Positions 46,774 through 57,023 of a DNA stretch of 64,000 nucleotides are shown piece by piece. A program made the position numbers and the translations under genes. The stretch is from sequence record OQ417970.1. The stretch is one strand, 5' to 3'. The DNA comes from Mycobacterium phage prophiT46-2. Within the stretch, counting starts at the first letter, position 1, and each line of letters starts with the position of its first letter. The notes beneath the pieces are model-generated. The model saw only the letters and a list, made by a program, of their open reading frames with translations. It did no database searches and was not told where the DNA came from.

Positions 46774-48209
46774 TGGCCTACCGCGGATACTTCACCCTCA
46801 ACGGCGTGGAGATCGCCAACAGCTCCCGGGTGATCGCGCACCTGGGCCAGGATGTGCCAACCAGCGACATCGGTGTCTTTGGCGACGACCCGAGCACCGA
46901 CTGCGCGCTCATCGAATCCACCGAATTTCCGGGGTTCTACGAAATCCCCGACAGCTCCACCGAAGTGAGCCCCGGCCTGCTCACGCCGCCCAACGGTGCC
47001 CGCCGGCTGGGGCCCGGCCTGTTTGAGATCAACGGGACGTGCTGGGGTCCGATCGCGTTCTGCGGGTCGTGCTCCACAATCGTCACCTACGATGATTCGT
47101 GGCCAGGTCTTCGAGAATTCCTGGGCGACAACATCTATCGCCCCGAGCTGGCACCGTGGTACAGCACCGAACTGCCCGAATCCACAGAGTTCGGCGGCGT
47201 GTGGGTGATGAAAGTCGACGGCCTGGGAGCAACACCGGTAGAACGGCCCATCACCCAGATGACCGGATCAGGGGCCGCGGCCGGCCCGCATCGAGACCTG
47301 TCACGCACCCTCACGTTCGAGGCGCTGATGATCGCCTGCACTCACGCTGGCGTCGAGTTTGGCATGGACTGGTTGTCCTGCATCCTGCGGGACACCATCG
47401 ACGACAGCACCAGCGTTTTGCGTTATCTTGCTGCCAGCCCAGCGCATTCGGGCGTCGATCCGGCATCGTTGGTGCGTGAGGTGCATGGCGTTGTCTTGAC
47501 CAAAGAGCCGCGGATCATCTCCGAATACAACACCCAGGCCGGCCAGCATCACCAAGCCAACCTGTATCGCATCAGCTGGGAAATGACGGTGCTCTCGCCC
47601 TACGCCTACCTGCCGCAGGTAAGGGTGCCGGTCGACTGGGACGAGATCACCAGGCAGCCGGTCAACTGGGTTCACGCTGCCGACTGCGAAAAGCCTTCCA
47701 CCTGTTCGGACATGCCGGTGCTGTTCTCCGCCGACTGCGTGCCCGAGGAGATCGCGATCCTGGACACTCCGCCGCCGGTGTGCGGCGGGTGCCTGCCAGT
47801 CGGCGAGATCGACAAGTACAGCTTCCGTATCCCCACCATGGATTACGCGTTCCGCTGCCGGGACACCGCGGTCAGTATCGCGATCCGTAACCTCGGCGAG
47901 ACTCCGTTGACGCTGCAAGCATTCCTGCGGGTATGCGGCACCGATGTGCGCTGCGAAGACAACCGATTCCCGCTGCAGGTATCGGGTCTGCCACCACTGA
48001 CAGAGCTGGTCCTCGATGGCATCTCGGGGCGCTACTGGGCCATCTATGACGAACGCAAGCACCGCGCCGTCGGGATCGTCGGCACCCCCAACGGCGCGCC
48101 CTGGCGGCCACCACGTATCGACCGCGAAACATGCTGGGATTTCATCGTTCAAACAGCTAGCACCTCGGAATTCGAGGTCGTGATGACACTCATCGATCGG
48201 GAGCCGTGA
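46773..48209 (+). CDS. Minor tail protein
   Basis: Immediately follows TMP (ATGA overlap). Confidence 0.5.
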   Translation: MAYRGYFTLNGVEIANSSRVIAHLGQDVPTSDIGVFGDDPSTDCALIESTEFPGFYEIPDSSTEVSPGLLTPPNGARRLGPGLFEINGTCWGPIAFCGSCSTIVTYDDSWPGLREFLGDNIYRPELAPWYSTELPESTEFGGVWVMKVDGLGATPVERPITQMTGSGAAAGPHRDLSRTLTFEALMIACTHAGVEFGMDWLSCILRDTIDDSTSVLRYLAASPAHSGVDPASLVREVHGVVLTKEPRIISEYNTQAGQHHQANLYRISWEMTVLSPYAYLPQVRVPVDWDEITRQPVNWVHAADCEKPSTCSDMPVLFSADCVPEEIAILDTPPPVCGGCLPVGEIDKYSFRIPTMDYAFRCRDTAVSIAIRNLGETPLTLQAFLRVCGTDVRCEDNRFPLQVSGLPPLTELVLDGISGRYWAIYDERKHRAVGIVGTPNGAPWRPPRIDRETCWDFIVQTASTSEFEVVMTLIDREP

Positions 48210-48212
48210 GCC

Positions 48213-49250
48213 GTGCCGGTCATCAGCTCTGAACAGATCGTGTCGCTGCGCACCGCCAGCGGCAAACAGCTCGACCAATTCCTGGCCACGCATCAGGAGT
48301 CGTTGAAATGGACCCGCGAGCAGCGACAAGTATCGGTGCTGGAAATGACCGTGCCGAGCGTGATCGACGCCGGCCGCATGGACATAACACCGTGGCTGCA
48401 CTGGGTCGATGTGTTCGACGCTCAGGGCCGCGTGTTGTACTGGTCAGGACCGATCCAGCGGGTCTCAGCCAGCCGCTCACGAACCTCCATTTCCGCGCGG
48501 GATATGTCGGCGTTGATGACCCGGACGCGCTGCCCGTTGACGAAAAACTGGGATGCAGCCGACCCCTCGAAGATCGCGGGCGAGCTGTGGGCCGCGATGA
48601 TCGCCCACCACGGACTGAACACTCGAGCCATCGAACGCGTGGACCCGCGCGGCGACCACTTCGATTTCGAGGCTATCGCCGACGAGCAGATGATGAGTGC
48701 GACGTTCGATCGGCTCGTCGGGCTGGGGCTGCACTGGACAGTCGTCGGCGGTGTGCCCATTCTGGGCCCGGCCCAGCTGAAATCGATTGTGGCGCTCGGC
48801 GAAGACGACTTCACGGGCGGGGAGTTCTCACTCGTGCGTGATGGCAGCCAGACCTACAACGATGTTCTGCTGCGCGGCGGCGACAACCTGGCTCGCGCCA
48901 GCGTCCCCATGGGCGGCCTGCGGTTGCAGACGATCAACAACATCGACGACATGTTCGGCGTTTCCAACGTCGACCGCGCAGCCAAGCAATACGTGCGCTA
49001 CACCGGGGCCATCAAAGACACCTTGGTGCTCTCTGACGGTGCCGTGCTGCATCCTGATGCTCCGTTGGACATTTCGCAGCTGATCCCGTCAGTGCGGTTC
49101 AACGTCGAAGCACTGGGGGTGCTGCAACTGATGGAACTGCAGAACGTCACAGTCACCGGTGACGGAGCCGTGGCTGTCACGCTGGCTTCGGTAAACGACG
49201 ACCTGCCGGAACTGGTGGAGATCGCCCAGAAAGGGGCGGTGACACAGTGA
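48213..49250 (+). CDS. Minor tail protein
   Basis: Position. Confidence 0.5.
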   Translation: MPVISSEQIVSLRTASGKQLDQFLATHQESLKWTREQRQVSVLEMTVPSVIDAGRMDITPWLHWVDVFDAQGRVLYWSGPIQRVSASRSRTSISARDMSALMTRTRCPLTKNWDAADPSKIAGELWAAMIAHHGLNTRAIERVDPRGDHFDFEAIADEQMMSATFDRLVGLGLHWTVVGGVPILGPAQLKSIVALGEDDFTGGEFSLVRDGSQTYNDVLLRGGDNLARASVPMGGLRLQTINNIDDMFGVSNVDRAAKQYVRYTGAIKDTLVLSDGAVLHPDAPLDISQLIPSVRFNVEALGVLQLMELQNVTVTGDGAVAVTLASVNDDLPELVEIAQKGAVTQ

Positions 49251-51613
49251 GTCGAGTTCCGGGCCAAGCGCCGCGCACCGATCAGGAGTGGACACGCGAT
49301 GTGGCGCAGCGGCTTTCAGCGCTCGAAAATCCGCGGACAATCCGGGTAGGGAAGTGGGTTCTGTCCGCGGTCGCCGGCCCACTGATGGCGACCAGCCCCG
49401 GTGAAGTGCTCGAAGTCGGTCAGGAACCGGAACCTGTATCGGTTGATTTGAGTCAGCGCGGTAGCCAGGTCTCTGAGCAGGAGATCGCCGAGGCCGTCAC
49501 GGGCGGCAATGGTAAGACGTTCACCTCGATCACCGACTGGTTGACGGCGAAATGGTCGGAGCTCTCGAGCACGACGACGAATGCGAACACTGGGCTCGGG
49601 AACTGGACGTCATGGCTGACCGGGGGTTCGTGGGCCAACGTCGGTGCCGCGGTGTCCGATTTCTTGAGCACCAAGAGCACCGCGGCGACAGCGGGGACCA
49701 ATGCGGCTACGGGGCTGGGCAATTGGACATCGTGGCTCAGCGGTGGATCGTGGGCGAGTATTGCGGCGTCTGTTGCTGATTTCCTGGGGACGAAATCGAC
49801 GGCGAACACCGCGGGCACGAATGCCGCAACCGCGATGGCTGACGCCAGCGCCGCCTCGTCGGCGGCCAGTGCCGCGCAGACCAGCATCCAGGGCACGATC
49901 GATGCCGGTATCAACGCGATCCGCAACACCCCTGGCGTGGCCGGTCAGGCGGTCGAGGGTTGGGCCGAGGCGCTGGCTTCGATCCCGACCCAGCTGTACA
50001 ACCAGTTTGGCGGCAACAATGTGCCCCGGGCGTCCCAGGAGCAGGCCAACGCGGCGATGGCCGCGCTGGTCAATACCGTCAATTCTCAAGGCGCGGCGAT
50101 CAATGCGCTGCAAAACATCCTCTCCGATGTCGGCGGGTTCAACGCCTCGATCACGTTCCGGCCCGCGGAAACCACGGTGTTCACCGGTCCGGGCACCGCG
50201 CCGTGGGCACCCCCGGCATGGGCGGCAGGCGGGTACGGAGAGTATGTGATCGCCCCGGCCGCCGGTGGTGGCGGTTGCGGTGAGGGCGGCACGGGCGCCA
50301 GCGGCGCGGGCGGTTACCCCGGAGGGTGGGCCACCGGCACTTTCCCCATCGAGGCTGGGGCGTATTCGATCTTCGCCGGGGGCGGCGGTCTGGGCGGGCA
50401 GAACGAGGGCCTGGGCTTCGGCGATAACGGCAGCGCTGGTGATACCTCGACGATCACCAGCCCCACCGGCGCACCGGTGGCCTCGGCGGCGGGCGGCGCC
50501 GGCGGTGAGGGTGCGCGGCGCGGCGGCAGCGGGCAGAACGGTAAAACCATCAATCCCCAAATCTTGTCGGCGTTCGGGGATACCTTCACCGCCGGGTCCG
50601 GGGGCACCGGCAACGCAGGTGCCGGTGGTGTGGCCGGTGGCGGTGCCGGCGGCAGCGGCGGGGCGTTCGGCAACTACACCAAGGGCGGTCTGGGCGGGCC
50701 GGCCAAGATCTGGATGCGCGCCCGCGCACCGATCCCGCCGCAGTTCACGGCCATGGGCACCCTGATCTTGCCGACGTTCAAACTCAACACCGGGGTCGCC
50801 CAAACCGATTCGATGACCGCGGCCGGACAGTGGCGCACCATCGCGCCCGGCGGGGCCGCCGGCGGCTACATGCTGATCATCCGCGCCAACACTGGTTTCA
50901 CCGATTACGTCTATCTGCGGATCTGGGATGTCTCCGGTGTCACCCACTACGAGCTGGGCCGCGTGGCCTCCGGGGCCAAGTCCGCGTGGAAGACCGGCAC
51001 GGTCGGGGCGGCGATCCCGTTCAACGCCTTCACTCTGACCTCCGATACCGCCCGCACCTTCACTGTCGGGGTCAACGGCACCGCGTTCGACTCCTACAAC
51101 GACTCAGGTGCCACCTCCCTGATGGGCGCGGCCTACCGCAGCGGCGGCTGGGCATCCTCGGATCCGGCGCTGCCCGGCTCGATGTCCCAGTTCGCGTTCC
51201 TGGACACCGGCACCCCCGCCCGCATCGTCTCGGGCACCATCGCGACCGCCCAAGGCACCAACAGCACCGCCGCCTACGTGGATCTGGCCACCCCCGGGCC
51301 CTCGGTCACCCTGAACGTGCCGGCCAGCGGTGAAGTCACTATCGATGTGTCGGCCGCGTACTCCTCGGGCGGGGCCGCCGCACAAACCGGCTACATGGGC
51401 TGTGCGCTGTCGGGCGCCAACACCCGCGCCGCAACCGATGCCACCGCCGCCTACGGGCGCACCGTCACCGCCGGACTGTTCGGCACCGTGGCGCGCCGCA
51501 TCCACCTCACCGGCCTGACCCCCGGCACCACCACGTTCAAAGCCGTCTACAAAACCAGCACCAGCACCGCAACATTCTCCGACCGCCACATCATCGTCGA
51601 ACCCAAACCCTAA
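49247..51613 (+). CDS. Gly-rich minor tail/fiber protein
   Basis: Repeated W..W..W SWL(T/S)GGSWA(N/S) repeats near the N-terminus; GGxGG/GAGGxG runs. Confidence 0.55.
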   Translation: MSRVPGQAPRTDQEWTRDVAQRLSALENPRTIRVGKWVLSAVAGPLMATSPGEVLEVGQEPEPVSVDLSQRGSQVSEQEIAEAVTGGNGKTFTSITDWLTAKWSELSSTTTNANTGLGNWTSWLTGGSWANVGAAVSDFLSTKSTAATAGTNAATGLGNWTSWLSGGSWASIAASVADFLGTKSTANTAGTNAATAMADASAASSAASAAQTSIQGTIDAGINAIRNTPGVAGQAVEGWAEALASIPTQLYNQFGGNNVPRASQEQANAAMAALVNTVNSQGAAINALQNILSDVGGFNASITFRPAETTVFTGPGTAPWAPPAWAAGGYGEYVIAPAAGGGGCGEGGTGASGAGGYPGGWATGTFPIEAGAYSIFAGGGGLGGQNEGLGFGDNGSAGDTSTITSPTGAPVASAAGGAGGEGARRGGSGQNGKTINPQILSAFGDTFTAGSGGTGNAGAGGVAGGGAGGSGGAFGNYTKGGLGGPAKIWMRARAPIPPQFTAMGTLILPTFKLNTGVAQTDSMTAAGQWRTIAPGGAAGGYMLIIRANTGFTDYVYLRIWDVSGVTHYELGRVASGAKSAWKTGTVGAAIPFNAFTLTSDTARTFTVGVNGTAFDSYNDSGATSLMGAAYRSGGWASSDPALPGSMSQFAFLDTGTPARIVSGTIATAQGTNSTAAYVDLATPGPSVTLNVPASGEVTIDVSAAYSSGGAAAQTGYMGCALSGANTRAATDATAAYGRTVTAGLFGTVARRIHLTGLTPGTTTFKAVYKTSTSTATFSDRHIIVEPKP

Positions 51614-51644
51614 AAGTCATCACCGCGAAAGGCACAGAGAGATC

Positions 51645-51956
51645 ATGGGATTCACCAACGCCACACCGCTGAAACAGACCACTTATCAGGCCATGTACTT
51701 CGACGGCACACCACAAAGCGCCGCGCAGACCTTGATGATGATCGACTCGCTGCTGACCGCCCGCAAGCTGCACTACGGCATCATCCACGGTTCCCAAGAA
51801 GTCGAAAACCCCACCGCTTGGCGTATCCAACTCGCGCGCCGCGACGGCTCAGCCGAACTCATCGCCATCGCCGACCGCTGGATCGTCGTTTCCTCGACCG
51901 GCCAAGTCCGAGTACTCACTCCCGCCGACTACCGCGCCGAATTCGCCGTTGAGTGA
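51645..51956 (+). CDS. Hypothetical tail-region protein
   Basis: ORF 103 aa. Confidence 0.4.
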   Translation: MGFTNATPLKQTTYQAMYFDGTPQSAAQTLMMIDSLLTARKLHYGIIHGSQEVENPTAWRIQLARRDGSAELIAIADRWIVVSSTGQVRVLTPADYRAEFAVE

Positions 51957-52216
51957 CCGGCGCGGGCACCGCTGCTCGCTACCCTGCCGCCATGGACGGA
52001 TACCTGCGCGGTTCGGTGAAGACCCACCCCGACTATCCCGAGAACCCGACCATCGCGCTGCGCAGCGTGTTTGACGACGACGATGCCACCGGCTGCACCT
52101 CGTGGCTGGTCGTTTCGGCGAGTTCTGGGGCGCTTTATCGCACGGAGTCGTTCGTCGCCGACTGGCCCGACGCAGACGGGCTGACGTTGACGACCACGCT
52201 CACCCCAGCTCCGTAG
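51953..52216 (+). CDS. Hypothetical tail-region protein
   Basis: ORF 87 aa coupled. Confidence 0.35.
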   Translation: MTGAGTAARYPAAMDGYLRGSVKTHPDYPENPTIALRSVFDDDDATGCTSWLVVSASSGALYRTESFVADWPDADGLTLTTTLTPAP

Positions 52217-52226
52217 CCTCACGGTC

Positions 52227-52868
52227 GTGCCGATCACGGAGTACACCGAGCCGAACGTCTGCATCGGGGAGAACCTCACCACCGATGCGGCCGGTCAACT
52301 CCGGCTCCAACCCTGGGCGCTAGTACGCCCCGTTGTCGACATCCGGGCACTCTCCGGTGGTGACGGTTCGATCATCGCGCCGCTGATCGCCCTGCCCGGC
52401 AAGCTGCTGATCGACCAGAAAGCGTCCTGGCGCAACGATTCCCCGCTACCGCAGATGGTGCTGATCCGCGTCACGCGCGGCCCGCGGTCGTGGCTCACGT
52501 CGAACCCGAACGCTATCCAATTCCGCGACCGATGGACGACTGCGATCGACGCCGACGCCGCCATGCCGGTGACCACCGGTATCTACAACTCCCAGTGCGG
52601 ATCGGCCTGGGACTTGGGAACGAACAGCGTCGCCGAGCCCAACCCCGGCAGGCAGTGGCGATGGGCCGACGCCAACAGCATGGACGAATGGGTGGGCCCG
52701 ATCGATCCAGGGGCAACGCTCAACCTCTGGTACCGCTGCTATGTGTGGACCCCGCCGCCGTGGTCGAACAACGCGAACAAGAATCAGCCGCAGCACGAGG
52801 CCCGCGCGAACTGGACGCGCATTGAAATGCGAGCCTTCCCGCAACAGGGGAATGTGGTGACCGGATGA
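52227..52868 (+). CDS. Minor tail protein
   Basis: ORF 213 aa. Confidence 0.4.
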   Translation: MPITEYTEPNVCIGENLTTDAAGQLRLQPWALVRPVVDIRALSGGDGSIIAPLIALPGKLLIDQKASWRNDSPLPQMVLIRVTRGPRSWLTSNPNAIQFRDRWTTAIDADAAMPVTTGIYNSQCGSAWDLGTNSVAEPNPGRQWRWADANSMDEWVGPIDPGATLNLWYRCYVWTPPPWSNNANKNQPQHEARANWTRIEMRAFPQQGNVVTG

Positions 52869-53464
52869 GCATCAAGGTGTGCACCTCGGAGTACATGCTC
52901 TCCACCGTCAACGGGCTCGACATGAGGCGAAACTGGTTCCCCAGCATCGTCGCTGAGCGATTCCTGCAGTCCAAGAAGGACGGGCAGATCAGCCGATCAC
53001 CCGACCCGGTGACGATGATCGACGGCGATCTGACGTACTTCAACAACACCCCAGACCCGGTGTACATCACCGTGCAAGTCATCCGGGCTCCCCGCAGCAT
53101 CGTTGCCCAAAACCCTGGCACCGTAGTGATTCACGACGCCTGGTCCTGGGCTGTTGGCACGTCGCCCACAGCTGACTTTCCGTCGGTGATCCAGGACTCA
53201 TTCGGCGGCAGGGGGCAGGTGGACCGACCCGAAAACGCTGCGGACAAGCTGCTGTTCGGACGGTTCTTCGCAGACGGAGACAGCTCCCAAGCCTGGGTCA
53301 ACGTCGGCCAACTCGACGCCCAGCAATCCCTGCACTTCCGATACCTGGCCGCTGTCCAAACCCCAGGCGTATGGACCACCCCTTCAGAGTTCGAGCCGCG
53401 CTGGGAAGCACAAGCCCGCTGGACTCGACTGCTGGCGTTCGCGATGCCGATTGGTTCGGCATGA
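52865..53464 (+). CDS. Minor tail protein
   Basis: ORF 199 aa coupled. Confidence 0.4.
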   Translation: MSIKVCTSEYMLSTVNGLDMRRNWFPSIVAERFLQSKKDGQISRSPDPVTMIDGDLTYFNNTPDPVYITVQVIRAPRSIVAQNPGTVVIHDAWSWAVGTSPTADFPSVIQDSFGGRGQVDRPENAADKLLFGRFFADGDSSQAWVNVGQLDAQQSLHFRYLAAVQTPGVWTTPSEFEPRWEAQARWTRLLAFAMPIGSA

Positions 53465-54741
53465 GCGAGCACTTCGCGATCGTCGGCGACGCCATCGCGC
53501 CGCAGCCCTGGATGCAGATGCGCCACCTCAAAGGCGCCGAAGTACCTTCGGTGTCAAAGTCTTACGACACATCCGGTGGCGGAAACAAGAACGACGCAGT
53601 CCACGCGATCGTGGTGTCCTGGACGAACAACACCCCGATTCCGCAGTCGGTCTACGGCATGGTGACTCGGGAGGGCGCCCAGGTGACGCTGCAGGCACGA
53701 TCTCGCGGCTACCTGCTCACCCTCCACGGCCGCGATATCACCGCAACCGCGGCGGTGCCGACATCGTGGGACATGGCCGAGGTCAGCAAGTTCGGTATCG
53801 GCGGCGACATCGGCAAGGGCGGAATCCTGGCTCTCGGCACTGGATTCGGGGTCAGCGAGATCCGGCAGAACTCAGCCAGCATCCCGTTGATGCCGCACTG
53901 GACCGGCTGGAGCATCGTGGCACCCGGGCAGACGTTCCATGGCCGGGTCGAGGTGCGGTTCCGGACGGACTTCTGGGAGAACACCTCGATCGACGGCGGC
54001 GACCAAAACACCGAATCGGGCTTCATCTCCGGCGGCACCCGCCTGGATCTCTACGCCACCCCGGTCATCGGCGAGCCACCTGTCTTGTCGACCCCCACGG
54101 TTGTCGGGATAGAGCACTCGGTGAACAACACCTTCCACACCGACGTCGATGTGCCCGCGGGCACTGCCTTAGGCGACATGCTTATTGCGGTGGTATCCAA
54201 CCAGTTCGGGCTCATCAGCGACATCAAGCCCGAGCAGACCGGCTGGACACAGGTCCACGCCCGCGACGGCGGCTGGGAAGACGCCCACATGAAGGTGTAC
54301 GTACGGGCCGCCAAAGCCACCGAACCGGCCTCCTACACGTTCGGCAACGGCATACTGGCTGAGTCCATCGCACACCTGATCACCGTGCGCGGCGCCAACC
54401 CGCTGCTCGATGAGGGCTGGCAGTTCGCATCATCGCTACGCAAGAGATGGTGGGAACGCTACGACGGCCATATCTGCCCATCGATCGACCGCGCCGGACA
54501 ACTGCTGCTGTTGGTGTCCTACATCCCGCACAACGCGCTCCAAACCACACTCACGCAGACCGTGCCGGCCGGGACGACGGAACTGGAGAACGTAGACGGG
54601 AACCTGGCATGCAGCGCGGTGGCCGCACTGCCGAACCCGCCGCGGCCGACAGGGGAACGCACGTTCGTCGCGTCGGAGGAACCGTCCTGGGCCGGCCGCT
54701 CCATCACGGCATCGATCCTGGTGCCCGGCAAGTTCCAGTAG
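53461..54741 (+). CDS. Minor tail protein
   Basis: Met at 53461 overlaps upstream stop; 426 aa. Confidence 0.45.
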   Translation: MSEHFAIVGDAIAPQPWMQMRHLKGAEVPSVSKSYDTSGGGNKNDAVHAIVVSWTNNTPIPQSVYGMVTREGAQVTLQARSRGYLLTLHGRDITATAAVPTSWDMAEVSKFGIGGDIGKGGILALGTGFGVSEIRQNSASIPLMPHWTGWSIVAPGQTFHGRVEVRFRTDFWENTSIDGGDQNTESGFISGGTRLDLYATPVIGEPPVLSTPTVVGIEHSVNNTFHTDVDVPAGTALGDMLIAVVSNQFGLISDIKPEQTGWTQVHARDGGWEDAHMKVYVRAAKATEPASYTFGNGILAESIAHLITVRGANPLLDEGWQFASSLRKRWWERYDGHICPSIDRAGQLLLLVSYIPHNALQTTLTQTVPAGTTELENVDGNLACSAVAALPNPPRPTGERTFVASEEPSWAGRSITASILVPGKFQ

Positions 54742-54760
54742 TTGCGCCTCGGAGGTTCAC

Positions 54761-55111
54761 ATGTACGACCCGCCAGACAGTTTCGACGACATGCTCGGTG
54801 ACGCGGACCTGGCCCCGCAGACGGGCCCGTTCGTCCCGCTCGAAGTCCCCGGTGTCGGGGTCGTCAGGGCGCGCCGGCCGATGCCCAACGCCGTGCCGGT
54901 GCTGGCCATGTCGGTGAACGCCAAGATCGATGTTGTCGAGAAACAGGGCTACCTGACCTTGTTCCTGCAGAATCACCTGGAATCCGGCGAGCACGAACGC
55001 ATCTTGGTCACCATGATGGGCGGCGAACTGCCGGCCGACAGCATGGGCAGAGTTGCCCGCGCGATAGCGACATGGGGCACGGCCCGCCCTACCTTGCCGT
55101 CATCACGCTAA
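54761..55111 (+). CDS. Hypothetical protein
   Basis: ORF 116 aa. Confidence 0.4.
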   Translation: MYDPPDSFDDMLGDADLAPQTGPFVPLEVPGVGVVRARRPMPNAVPVLAMSVNAKIDVVEKQGYLTLFLQNHLESGEHERILVTMMGGELPADSMGRVARAIATWGTARPTLPSSR

Positions 55112-55116
55112 GTGTG

Positions 55117-55443
55117 ATGGCGGCTACTCACTGGCGGGCGATTCGGACCCGAATGCGGGGCGACGGCATCGCTGATCCGATGCGGCAGTTGCCGCACATG
55201 CACGCACTGATCGACGAAGCCGAGAAGGTGTGGCTGGAAGCCCTGCACACCGGCAACGAGGAAAAGGACAAGCACGAGCGCGAGCAGCTACTGGACCGGC
55301 TGTATGCGCCGACCACAGACGACGCCGAGACGCTGAACGGCGACGGATACCAAGCCAAACGCACGCCGCCGCCCGGGTTTGAAGATCCGGCCGAGGTCGA
55401 GGCCAACTTCGATGCGGTCGCGCGGGCTTTCGGCGGCCGGTAG
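55117..55443 (+). CDS. Hypothetical protein
   Basis: Internal Met of ORF 55072..55443, just after the previous stop. Confidence 0.3.
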   Translation: MAATHWRAIRTRMRGDGIADPMRQLPHMHALIDEAEKVWLEALHTGNEEKDKHEREQLLDRLYAPTTDDAETLNGDGYQAKRTPPPGFEDPAEVEANFDAVARAFGGR

Positions 55444-55472
55444 TTGCACGCCGCCGCCTTAGCCTGCCCGGC

Positions 55473-55886
55473 ATGGCGAAGGTGGTCCCGTATCTCGACA
55501 CGTCGGCCCCGCGCGGCCAGCGCCTCGCACCGGAGATGCGTGAGGAGATCGCCGAAGTCGCGCCGTCGACCCTGAACGATGGCGCGGTCAAGACAGCGAA
55601 GCTGGCCGAAGGAGCAGTCACCGAACTGAAACTGGCTGCCGGAGCGGTTACTTCTCCCAAGATCGCGTCGAAGGGCGTCAAGGCCGTCAACATCGACGAC
55701 GCTGCCGTTGGCACACCCCAGCTGGCCGCTGGTGCTGTCACCGCAGCCAAGGCCGGCGTCGGTGTTGTAACCGCCCACGACAGCGCAGGCAACGCCATCA
55801 AGCTCGACGCAGTGCCCATGACCTCGACCGACTACACAGCGCTGACGACCAAAGAACCCAACGTCCTCTACCTGCTGAGCGACTGA
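55473..55886 (+). CDS. Fiber-like protein with AGAVT repeats
   Basis: LAEGAVTELKLAAGAVTSPKIA...LAAGAVTAAKAG. Confidence 0.4.
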   Translation: MAKVVPYLDTSAPRGQRLAPEMREEIAEVAPSTLNDGAVKTAKLAEGAVTELKLAAGAVTSPKIASKGVKAVNIDDAAVGTPQLAAGAVTAAKAGVGVVTAHDSAGNAIKLDAVPMTSTDYTALTTKEPNVLYLLSD

Positions 55887-56584
55887 TGCCCGGTATCTAC
55901 CTCGGCGGCACCGCTATCAAGGCAATGATGCTCGGCGAGAAGGCCATCACCCGTGCATATCTCGGCGAAACCCTGGTGTGGTCAGCGAACCGGATCCGCG
56001 ACGACTTCAACCGCGCTGACGGCGATCTCGGCGTCAACTGGGTGATCAGCCCCAGTATCGACGGCTATAAGCCCAGTGTGGTCGGCAATGTGTGTCGCCT
56101 CGGAGTGCCGGACGGGCTGCTCTCGCTGCAGCTGAACGGCGCTCACGCCCGCTACGTCGCCGCGCTGGATCGCGACGACGGCTATGTGGAGTTCCGCATC
56201 GGCAGCCAGGGATCAGGGCCGAGCCTGACCGGTGACCTGTGTAGAACCACGGTACTGGCGCGCGGGTCCAACAATGCTGCCACCGGTGGCGTTGGCGTGC
56301 AAATGGATTCATCGACACTGCGGATCGTGCGGAGGGCCGGGGTGGACACTGTGGTCAAGACGATCGGCACATTCGGCGCTGGCGATGTCATCCGGCACAA
56401 CTTCGTCGGGAACGTACACACGTTCCGCCGCAACGGCAGCCTGCTCGAAGAGTGGAACGACGAGAACGCCACCGCCCCCAAGGGAACAGGAAACCGGTCG
56501 CTGATCATCTCCGTGCAGGGCTCCAAGGATCTCTTGGGGCCACGCAGGTTTGGCCCGGCCATTGACTACGTGGAGATGGGCTGA
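55886..56584 (+). CDS. Minor tail protein (MPGIYLGG.. N-terminus)
   Basis: N-terminus typical of actinophage minor tail proteins. Confidence 0.45.
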   Translation: MPGIYLGGTAIKAMMLGEKAITRAYLGETLVWSANRIRDDFNRADGDLGVNWVISPSIDGYKPSVVGNVCRLGVPDGLLSLQLNGAHARYVAALDRDDGYVEFRIGSQGSGPSLTGDLCRTTVLARGSNNAATGGVGVQMDSSTLRIVRRAGVDTVVKTIGTFGAGDVIRHNFVGNVHTFRRNGSLLEEWNDENATAPKGTGNRSLIISVQGSKDLLGPRRFGPAIDYVEMG

Positions 56585-56742
56585 TGTCGGCCCAGTCCTT
56601 CGCGCAGCTCGTCAAGTATCCGCTGTTCTACATCGCGCTGGCCGGGGTCTCGTTCCGGATTGGTTGGTGTGCAGCCCATTACGTCAGTGACCGCATGGAC
56701 AACTTTGATCCAGATATCGGTAAGGGGAAGTACGGATGGTGA
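56584..56742 (+). CDS. Small one-TM protein (holin-like candidate)
   Basis: 53 aa, hydrophobic helix FYIALAGVSFRIGWCAA, just upstream of the lysis genes. Confidence 0.3.
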   Translation: MSAQSFAQLVKYPLFYIALAGVSFRIGWCAAHYVSDRMDNFDPDIGKGKYGW

Positions 56743-57023
56743 TCAAGGCCCGGATAGCTCAGTGGCGCGAGGAGTTGTTCGACAGCATCGGCAAGCAATG
56801 CGCGGCGGTGGTCCGTGAGCTGTTGACGAAGTTCCTCAACGATTTCCGGCAGGATGCGCGCGCCGAGGTCGCCGCGGTCGCGCGCAAGGCCGACGAATCG
56901 GTCGACAAGCTCACCGACGCCATCCCCGGCACCCTCGACGACCGCCTGTTCGACGGCAGGTTCGGTCAACTGCTGCAACATCTTGAACAGCTGGTCCCGC
57001 TCTTCGGTGGTGGCAGCCGATGA
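56736..57023 (+). CDS. Hypothetical protein
   Basis: ORF 95 aa. Confidence 0.35.
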   Translation: MVIKARIAQWREELFDSIGKQCAAVVRELLTKFLNDFRQDARAEVAAVARKADESVDKLTDAIPGTLDDRLFDGRFGQLLQHLEQLVPLFGGGSR

